Part shown: positions 51,432-60,630 of the stretch, in pieces
Numbering within the stretch: position 1 is the first letter of the stretch
Layout: every line of letters starts with the position of its first letter
Origin: Azolla caroliniana
Taxonomy: Eukaryota > Plantae > Polypodiophyta
Reading direction: 5' to 3'
NCBI GenBank assembly: GCA_043228905.1
Contig: JBHGNT010000012.1
Span: 19,592,001-19,656,000, forward strand
DNA length: 64,000 bases
Program-made: the position numbers and the translations under genes
Notes under the pieces: model-generated
Told to the model about the DNA's origin: nothing
The model's input: only the letters and a program-made list of their open reading frames with translations
Databases searched by the model: none

Positions 51432-52935
51432 GGCGGCTAACGACCGAAGGACGCACGTTGCTTGGATGAGGAGGGTGTGGTGTAGTGAAAAGTTCGGAGA
51501 GCAGGGTGGTCGAGGTCACGTACACCGAGAGTGCCTGGATCATATTCGGAGAGCCAGCTGGGGGAAGGAGAGGGGTCTGAACGGTGGAGGGGTCCGTCGC
51601 ACTGGGGGTGAGGGCGTGTTCAAGGGCGGCTTTGGACGTGCGGAGTTGAAGGATGTCCTTTTCGAGGTCGGCGCATTGGCGGCGGTGTTTGATGAGGAGA
51701 CATCGATTGCGTTCATTGGCGACTTCGACTTGGTGGATCATGGCGTCTCGTTCAGCCTTGAGGGTGGTGATCTCGCTCGTGGGTTGGTGAGTGGTGGCCA
51801 TGGCGGTGGCCAGGGCCTCAGACCGTTCGGAGAGATCAGCCGTCACGACTGCGAGGCGGGCCTCGGTCAGTTGGTGTTGGGTGGTGAGGCGGACGTACTC
51901 GGCCGAAAGTTCGGCATGTGTTTGCGCTGCGCGTTCCTGGTCGTGGTGCTAGGTTGTCCGAGCTTGTTGGAATTCGTCAACGAGTTGTTGGTGTCGGGTT
52001 TGCGTTGTCAGGAGTTCTTGCTTGAGGAGGTCGTGGGCGGCTGCTTGGCATGCGTTGGTATGGAAGGCGCTCCGTACCTCAGCGACCAAGATCTCGTTCC
52101 GTGTAGAGGTCTCGTGTTGGTCGGTGGCGGTCTGTTGGGCGTGTGCCTGAACTTGAAGTAGGCGATGGTTCACGACGGCAGTCATCTTGAGGAGGTCGGC
52201 CACCATGTCGGTTAAGGGTTTGGGGGGGACGGCGAGGGAGGGGGTAGGGTGGGTAGTAACTGCAATGAGGGAGGTCGAGTAGGGCACGGAGGTCGGGAGG
52301 GGGGGTGGCGGAAGCAGGGTTGCCATTTGGGTGGGGGTGAGGGTGGGTTGGAGGGGAACTGCTGGGGTTACGGTCGGGGGTTTCGGTGTCGAGGGCGGCG
52401 TGGCGGGCGAGTTTATGGGGTCGGGGTTGCGGGGTGTCGTCGGTGGTGGTGGACGGGAAAGGTGGGGTAGTTGTGACCGGAGCGGGGGGAGAGGATTCGT
52501 GGGGTGGAGGGGTTGGCAAGGTGGGTGGAGGCAGGGTTGGCGGGTTCCGTTGGTCGTGCAAGATTGACTCAGTGATGCAGCTGCGGGAACGCGGAGTCGT
52601 GGTTGTGGTCTGATGTGATACATAGTGGAAAGTGGTGGACAAGGCCTGGATTTCGGTGGGGGTGAACTCGTGTGTCTGGAATTCCTTGACACGATTCGTG
52701 ATATCCTCAAGGGTGTCGAGGTTAGCTTCGGCTGACACGTGGATGATCGGGGGTTGTTTGTGTGCTGGTGGCCGTGCCTGTTCACCTTGGTGTACCTGTC
52801 GTAAAAAGTCGCATTCGGGGAGACGAGGGCATTTGAGTTGGCCTGGGATAGTGATCTTGCGGAAGCGTTCTTGGCAGCGTACGAAGGGAGGGGCGGGGGG
52901 TCCGATGCTGAACTTTGCGCACAAGTAGCGGGTGA
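51412..52935 (-). pseudogene. Unknown extra ORF1 (about 500 codons visible): Pro/Thr-rich linker plus coiled-coil-like region
   Basis: The frame ending at 51949 and 51412..51846 are the same frame separated by one TAG. One inferred frameshift near 52350. 5' end lost in the gap. Confidence 0.6.
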
Positions 52936-53035
52936 NNNNNNNNNNNNNNNNNNNNNNNNNNNNNNNNNNNNNNNNNNNNNNNNNNNNNNNNNNNNNNNNN
53001 NNNNNNNNNNNNNNNNNNNNNNNNNNNNNNNNNNN
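52936..53035. other. Assembly gap (100 N)
   Basis: Run of N; sequences on the two sides belong to different elements. Confidence 0.99.
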
Positions 53036-54099
53036 ATACTGGAACGGCATGTCGTCATTCGGTATCGGTGCGCCAGATGGTGGTGTTGGTGGTCGTTCCT
53101 GGTTTTTCTCCGGCGTCGGTGGTCTTTCCTCTTCTTTTGGTGACGGAGGCCCCTCATCCTCGACTTCCGGTGTTGGAGGTCGCTCTTCCTCTGCTTCTAG
53201 TTCCGGAGGTTCCAGCCTTAGCACTTCCGGTTCCGGTGTCGCTAAGGTGTCTGATCCTTCGTCCTCCCGTCCGCCCGGGGTGTCGTTGCTGCTACGGTAG
53301 TTCGTGTGCACGTTGTATCCCCCTTCAGAATCCGATTCATACGCTGAAAAGGCTTTTGCTTCGCCTTCTCCGCTTGCCAATGCCTGGAGAAGGGATTCGG
53401 TTTCCCGAAGGCTGCTTAGGCTGTTGCCGTCGTCCGGGTGCGATGTTTGCTGTAACCAGAGGGACTCCTTCGCTACTCTCCGGATTACGTTGGAAAATGA
53501 GCGATCCGCTCTAATTTCCTGCGCCGCTTGCTGGAAAGCCTCACATCTCCTTTGCCTTTCGGCAAGGTGTCGAGTTCGATCTGTAACCAGGTCGTGCGTT
53601 GATCTAGTCTTCCATTCATGCCGTCGTTCGCTGCAAAAACAGGAATCGTGGTCGCCAAATTCTGTGTTAACTCTTAGGGCCGGACAATGGCCTAACACAG
53701 GGTGTCTACGGAAGACACTTCACCAAAGGGGTGTTACGGGAAGAGGATTAGGCTCAATGATTAATCCGACTTAATTAGGTCACTTAGCAAGATCATCCTT
53801 AATAATCACATGCGTAAGATATAACAATGAATGCAGAACGGCAATTAACACAGAGAGATAAAAACACTAAGCTTCATTAATTATCCGCTCCTCATTACAT
53901 TGTATCCGGGCCTTTAAATAGGTTTCCGGTTTGTAGTACAAAACGGTGCCATCCGCACTTGTTCGGGATCGGTCCGGATCCGGAACGGCATACCGATTCC
54001 GGTCCGTCCGTCCACACTAATAGCTTACTTACAACCATTCCTTAATAATTAAATAACTCCTTCGTTTCACACTCTGGACTCCTTTGTCGGCCGGTAACA
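53036..54099 (-). mobile_element. 5' end of a different LTR element (LTR plus pre-gag region)
   Basis: LTR-like 53732..54099 with TGTTAC/GTAACA termini, abutting copia B coding sequence at 54100. Open frame with acidic ERPPTP repeats ends MPFQY at the gap. PBS-like TGGCGACCACG at 53657-53647, so the inner LTR boundary may instead be 53665. Confidence 0.7.
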
Positions 54100-54670
54100 G
54101 GAGGTTCGACTGAACCTAATATCAGCCGGTCGGCTAGATGATGAAGGCTACATGGGTAGCATCCAGAATGGAGTCATGAAATTAAGCAAAGGGAGCCTGA
54201 TAGTGGCTCGGGCCCGGAAGGTCAACACATTGTACCTGATGAATGCCCGGTTATGCTCGAAAGAAGTGAACGTGGCTTCTGACACTGCTGGTGAGTTGTG
54301 GCACAAGAGACTGTCACATGAGCGTGAAGGGGATGAAGAGGCTTGCCAATGACAACCTCATTCCGGTGAAGAATGTGCATCTTGAGAGGTGCACCGACTA
54401 CCTAGCCGATAAACAAAACCGGACCTCCTTCCAATCAAGGCCACCGATGAGACGTAATGCACCATTGGAGTTGGTGCATACCGATGTGTGTCAAGTGGAC
54501 ACGAAGTCCCATGCCGCAGCGCAGTACTTCGTGACGTTCATAGATGACCACAACAGGAGGTTGTGGGACACACCGTTGAAGACGAAGGATCAGGTGTTAT
54601 CCGTCTTCAAGGAGCTCCATGCAAGAGTGGAAAGAGAAACCGGACGGAAGCTGAAGGCGATTCGAGCAGA
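54100..54670 (+). mobile_element. copia family B fragment (pre-integrase to integrase N-half)
   Basis: Closely matches the reverse complement of ~30321-30893; VHTDVC..TFIDDH..RKLKAIRA. Confidence 0.92.
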
Positions 54671-54903
54671 GTCTCGATGTAGTCAACAAGATAATGAAAT
54701 GAGGGTAGCTAGGCCTCTATTTATAGCGATACCCAAGGCCCCCAACCATGTTCACACTTGGCCTAATGGGTTGTCTCAATCCCGAGGATTAAAAGTAATC
54801 CTTCCCTTCTTTACACTCTCGTTTAACCCTCACACTTATCCACGTGTATAGAATACTACGGTAAATTCTCACCACGGGATATTATATGTTCATGCCCGTA
54901 ACA
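54671..54903 (-). mobile_element. Partial LTR of another element
   Basis: Ends CCCGTAACA at the junction with copia sequence; CTATAAATAG on the minus strand near 54717-54726. Confidence 0.6.
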
Positions 54904-55412
54904 TCCGTCTTTAGCTTTCGGCAACCGGCTCCTCTATTTGTTCTTCATCCGAATCCGATTCGGGGTCTTGGCCGGTTCCGGTTTCAGCTTGCTCTACTTC
55001 TTCTTTTGCCGGTTCGGTATCCTCATCGTAACCAGCTGGTTCCTCGAGTGTCAACCGGCTCTCAGCCGGGTGGGTCCGAATCTCATCGGAGTTAATTATC
55101 TTCTTCTTCGACTCCCAGTCAGCAAGAGTCTTGTCCTCCATGAAGATAATATCTCAGCTCCGGAAAACCTTCTTGTGAACCGGATCCCACACTCGGTAGT
55201 TGAACTCATCATCGTTGTATCCGAGGAATATGCATGGCTGGGTCTTTGGATCCAACTTTCCTCTCCGGTCCTTAGCAACATGCACGTAAGCGAGACACCC
55301 GAACACCTTCAAATGCCGGTAGGACACTTCCTTACTGGTCCACACCTTTTGCGGTGAGTCTCCATCCAAGGGCATTAAGGGTGATCTGTTTATCACATAT
55401 GTCGCCGTCGAC
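54904..55412 (-). mobile_element. copia family B fragment (integrase C-half), inverted relative to 54100-54670
   Basis: Matches ~29600-30132 in the same orientation; YVINRSP..HLKVFGCLAYVHV..KLDPKT.PCIFLGY. Confidence 0.92.
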
Positions 55413-55445
55413 AGCGACATATGTGATAAACAGATCACCCTTAAT
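55374..55445. repeat. 72-bp fold-back palindrome centred on GTCGAC
   Basis: ATTAAGGGTGATCTGTTTATCACATATGTCGC-C-GTCGAC-A-GCGACATATGTGATAAACAGATCACCCTTAAT; one mismatch. Confidence 0.97.
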
Positions 55446-55640
55446 TAGTACATTGTGCATGATTAGTACTACTTGTGTATATTGTGCATGATTAGTACTA
55501 CTTGTGTATATTGTGCATGATTAGTACTAATCGTGTAAATTGGGAACTAAGTGAGCAGTACAGTGTTCCTTATTAGTACTAGTTCAGTAATTTAGGAACT
55601 ATGTGAGTAGTACATTGTTCATGATTGGTACATTGTGTAA
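55444..55640. repeat. 29-bp minisatellite (GATTAGTACTACTTGTGTATATTGTGCAT) with decayed copies
   Basis: Two exact copies from 55461 plus degenerate flanking copies. Confidence 0.8.
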
Positions 55641-55732
55641 AATGGGAAGCAGCTCTTGTGACCTACATTATATATTTTAGATGATGGTACTAACATTCAA
55701 GGTTTTTTTGTTTCTTGCAATGAATGTTGTAG

Positions 55733-57513
55733 TGTCAAGCAACTCCACGCCAAGGAAGGTAATGGAACAACCAGCCCCTGTGCCTAAACCCTCAATATCT
55801 GCTGCACATTCCAAGGTTCACGGACCATCATTACCAATAACCTATGATTTTTATGATGAGGATGAATGTATGAGAAGGGCCATTGGAGCAGTGGAACATA
55901 TGCTCCTACAAACAAATTCCCCAAGCTCCGGTCAACATCAAGAAATAGAGCCCACTAAGAAGAGAAATGCAGTTTCTTTACAAATAGAGCCCAGTAAGAA
56001 GAGAAATGCTGCAAGAATGTTGTATGGAAACGGCAAGAAAGGCAAAGTTGAATGCAATGGTGAGTCATATAAGTTCTCACCTGTCTGGAGCATTGTCAAC
56101 CTAATCCATTGTCTAATACCATGTACTTGTGTTACTAGCTGATGATGAAATGATATTTGGTGACGGAGATACGAGTCCAAAACCTGATCATGAAGACGAA
56201 TTTATCACACTCCCAGGTACACGTCAAAAGCCAGACTTTGAAAACAATGATTTAGCTCATAACAACCCTATTTTTGTTGTTATTATAGATCATAACAACA
56301 CTGTTGAGCACCTAGATGTTGTGGAGAAGATGACCGAGCCCACCACTTGCAATGGGGTATCTACAGCTGTACAGTATGACGATGTAACATCAAGTAAAAA
56401 TGTGGCCCTAAACCCTATGTTCATTGTTTGCAAACTTTTGAGTATGTGAGTTCATACCAATATTCTTTGGAATCCCATTAATTAGGTTTACAAGAGCAGT
56501 CTGATTCCCAACTGCAATCAAATGAATCGGGAACTTCATGGAGCATAAGTGCAGAATCAGATTCCCATCAGAGTCAGAATCAAATTAACCTTTGCAAGGA
56601 GGCAGACTCTGGAAGCACATCTTCCACACATGAGGATTGTGAGAAAAACAAAGCATTCATATGTGAAGAGCAGTTGGCATGTACAAACAACACTATGTCT
56701 AAAGAAGCCTATGAGTGTGGAAAGAATATGGCAAGTACTGAAGAGAAGATTGAAGCCCATGAAGAGTGTGGAAAGAATATGGCAAGTACTGAAGAGAAGA
56801 CTGATTGTACTGATAATGTGGCAAGTGCTGAAGAGAAGACTGATTGTACTGATAATGTGCTAGTACTATCTAAAGATTCCCATGAGGATCATGGAAAGAA
56901 CATTGCTAGTAATGAAGAGGAGCTTGATTGTACTGAGAATGTGCTAGTAGTGTCTTGTGAAGCCCATGAGGATCGTGGAAAGAACATCGCTTTCCCTGAA
57001 GATAAGCCTGATTGTACAGAATCCCATGAGGAGTGTAGAGCGAACAACGTTACTAATGAAGGTGGGCCTGATTGTACTCAGAGCGAACAACGTTGTCTTA
57101 AGAATGAGGTGACATCCATCATACAAGAGGAGTTGACCATGACTACTGCCACGGTCCACATACAGGAGTCTAATAAGAACGAGTGTATAGGCATCGGTGA
57201 TGATGATAGGGCAATAAAGATCGCTAGGAGTACAAGCATTCAGGAGATGAGTGATAATTTGTCTGTCGACAGCACCTTTGTGGATTTGTGTACAAGCATT
57301 GCAGTTGCAGAAAACATAGTTGCTCTCTCAAGCTTGCCACCAGTACAAGGTGCCCGCGCATCCACGCCTGTCTCTGATGCCTCTGATGATGAAGTGCCAC
57401 TTAGTCAGCTCATACCTAAAGGCTTTAAGACAAAGAAGAATGTAAAATCAGAAAAATCTGGCACCAACAACAAGCGCATTACAAGATCGGCCAAGTTACC
57501 CTCTAGTGCCTGA
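55733..57513 (+). CDS. Orphan spliced CDS (probably 5'-partial), acidic low-complexity protein with internal repeats
   Basis: join(55733..56059,56139..56393,56486..57513) stays open through two phase-1 GT-AG introns (79 and 92 nt). Repeats HEECGKNMASTEEKTDCTDNV; C-terminal DASDDEVPLSQL and basic tail. Confidence 0.6.
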
Positions 57514-58663
57514 TTGTCTTTCGATTGTACTTGAACTTTAGTTGTTAGTGATGTCTGAAATTGAACTATTTGGATACCAAAATACTGTTTCAATTGCCAA
57601 TGTAAAAAATCCAGTTCATGAATCTGAAATAGTTATACCAGTGTGAAATCAAGTTCATGTTTAAGGATTGCTTCTATATTTTGCTCATCAACATATATCA
57701 AAAACAATGGGAATATACTTTTTGATCTAAGTATTCTTATTTTACAACGTTTTGTTTCTTTTTTGAGATCATCTCCTAATCCTCGCAAAGTCTTTCAGTC
57801 TATTGTAGATAAAATGCTTGAAAGTCTTCTTAGCTTGCTAGGAAAATTTAGGTTTTTAGGTGTTGATGATGAGAAACAGAAAATATCGGGTATCGGGTGT
57901 TATTGAAGATATACTGAAGTATAGACTGTTTCATCAATCCCATTTGGACGGTAACCAGAATGTGTGCAAATTGTTGAAGCAATGTGGGCCATATTTTGAT
58001 GATATCATCCCAAAGGATGAATCATCCACTAACAGTAGTAAGGAAACACTTACCTTTTTGAGCTATCACAAATTATTGTTTCAGAAGTTGGATTATTTTG
58101 TTAAGGAAAGGAAGGTCTGTACTTTAAAATCCATAGCCTGGATATTCAGGACTTATATACAAGAAGTAAAAACTCAGATGGCTTCACAGGACATATCATG
58201 AAACAAAAAAGGATTCTGAGAGAATAATTTTCATTGTTGTCTTCACAGAATTCATCGCCCCCTTTGAAAAATGAACTTACAGTAGAAAATCTTACAATAT
58301 TAAAGTCTTTAATGAATTCAACTAACAATCTTCTCTTGGTAGCAAAAGAAGAGCAGATTTATGTGCCAACAGAGGACACACCAACTCTGCAAAACTCCTA
58401 TGCTCAAATAACATCAGGAAACATGAGCAATATCGGCAATGAAGAAATCCAAATCCTGTTGACAACAACTAATATATTATGAAAGATAAGTACAAGTGGT
58501 TGAGAGGCATAAACCCTTTGGAAGAAAGACGAAATATATCAATTCATTTGTCAATCATCAAAATTAATAGTGAACTCCAAGTGGATGTTTTTCAGTTTTC
58601 TAGTACAATGTATTGATAGGGTGACTTTCAAGCATTAAATAGAGAGACCTCCCCTAATATGTA

Positions 58664-60070
58664 TTAATAGCAATGCATCGGATTTCTGTTGAAACTCAGT
58701 GATTTTGAACGGAAATCCGATGCAGTGCATCGAATTTCCATTGAAAGTCCTGTTGAAAATGATCTGTTTTCAACGGGAATCCGATGCACTGCATTGGATT
58801 CCCGTTGAAAGTCCTGTTGAAAATGATCTGTTTTCAACGGGAATCCGATGCACTGCATTGGATTCCCGTTGAAAACACATCATTTTAAATGGAGAAAATC
58901 ACAATTTGTTTATTTTTAACACTTTTTTAGAGAAAAATATAAACAAATAAGAAAATTTGTAAACAAACAAGAAAAAGTGGACTTTCAATGGAAATCCGAT
59001 GCAGTGCATCGGATTTCTGTTCAAAATCCATTTTTTTCAATTCCTATATATTTATTTATGATAAAAACAAGAACAATTCAAAACAAATTCAAAATATCTG
59101 AAAAATTGGAAACAAATAAGACAAAATGGATTTTCAATAGTAATCTGATGTAGTGCATCGGATTTCTGTTGAAAACCCAATTTTTGCAATTTTTATTTAT
59201 TTATTTATGGGAAAAAATGAAAAAAATATTTTAAAATATGAAAATTTGGTAACAAATAGCAAAAAGTGGACTTTCAATAGAAATCCGATGCAATGCATCG
59301 GATTTCCTTTGAAATTTCATTTTTTCAATTTCTATATAGTTATTTATGAGAAAATAGACAAACAAAATACCAAAAAAATTCTAAAAACTATGAAAATTTG
59401 GAAAAAAATAAGAAAAAGTGGATTTTCTACGGAATTCCGATGCAGTGCATCGGATTTCCATTGAAAATCTATTTTTTCAATATTTATTTATTTTTTATAG
59501 AAAAAATTCAAAAAAATTCAAAAAAAAAAGCAAATTTGGAAAAAAATACGTAAAAGTGGACTTTTAACCAAAATCCGATGCAGTGCATCGGATTTCCGTT
59601 GAAAATCCATTTTTTCAATTTTTATTTATTTTTTATGGGAAAAATAAAACCAAATTCAAAAACAATTCAAAAAATAAGAAAATTTTCAAAAAAATAAGAG
59701 AAATTGGATTTTCAATTGAATCCGATGCACGGAATTGGATTTCCATTGAAATCTAATTTTTCAATTTTTATTTATTTATTTACGAGTAAAATAAAAAATG
59801 TTTATTTATTTATTTATGGGAAAATGTTTTATTTTTTCAATTTGTATTTATTTATGTATTTTCGGGAAATCCATGCAATGTATCATATTTTAGTCTATGT
59901 AGCTAGAATTCAATGCAATGCATTAAAATGCAAGAGTATTTTTTTAATGGAAATTTTTAAACAAATTCCAAGACTTACAGGAATCTGATGCATTATATCC
60001 AATTCTAGATGTATAGAGTAAAATTCGACATGTTGCGTCAAATCTAAATGGAATGAATCGGATTTCTGTA
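58664..60070. repeat. Array of palindromic repeats (TTCAA.GGAAATCCGATGCA-N-TGCATCGGATTTCC.TTGAA) with A/T-rich linkers
   Basis: Palindrome centres at 58673, 58725, 58789, 58853, 59004, 59153, 59293, 59445, 59583, 59730, then decayed copies to ~60070. Confidence 0.92.
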
Positions 60071-60630
60071 CGACATCAAAGGCTTACTATGAGAATTTAA
60101 GAAAATTGGAAAACATCTTTAAGACATTTTTTAGATTCTAATGATTTTGGTAGAAAGCTTCTCTCACATAATCTAATCTTGTAAATGGAAAGTACATAAT
60201 GAAATATCATAACCAAAAAGTGAGGAGGAAAGATGCATCAAGCACATCTACTCTTACATTGGATAATGTTTATATATTAGTGTATGACTTATCTTTGACC
60301 AAAACAAGTTATCTGTGACAGACCACAATGAAGATACTAAAAGAGGATCTGGAATGTGGCTTCAGACACAACACAAAGACAAACAAGAAGCATGACTCAT
60401 AAACTCGATGAGGTTGGATTGCAATTGGATCAACACAATGCATTAGTTGCCATTGATGATGAGGATGAGACCTCATAAACTCGTACTAGTTCATCTAATG
60501 GGTATGAAGATGATGACATAAACTTGAAAAATGATTGTCCTGATACGTTAACTATAAATATTGTATTGCACATCAAGATTTGGATTCAGAATTTCTATAA
60601 ATATTGGGGTTAGTCATTTTGGACATTCAT

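Larger units (their letters stand above)
49026..52935 (-). mobile_element. 3' part of an LTR element: 3' LTR, PPT and two large extra ORFs
   Basis: LTR 49026..49592 with termini TGTTAAG/CTTAACA; PPT GGTTGGGGGAGA at 49604-49593; GC-rich sense-strand ORF remnants running up to the N gap. Confidence 0.85.

Noticed and set aside
51268-52161. 297-aa plus-strand ORF
   Set aside because: Antisense shadow of the GC-rich minus-strand ORFs; no recognisable features.
51949-53698. 402-aa and 539-aa ORFs spanning the N run
   Set aside because: Artefacts of translating through the gap; the two sides come from different elements.
57640-58620. Additional gene downstream of the orphan CDS
   Set aside because: Short coding-like frames broken by stops, with no recognisable motif or consistent splicing.
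58664-59760. CRISPR-like array
   Set aside because: Linkers are homologous A/T tracts of about 100 bp rather than unique spacers, repeats are degenerate, no cas genes, eukaryotic context.
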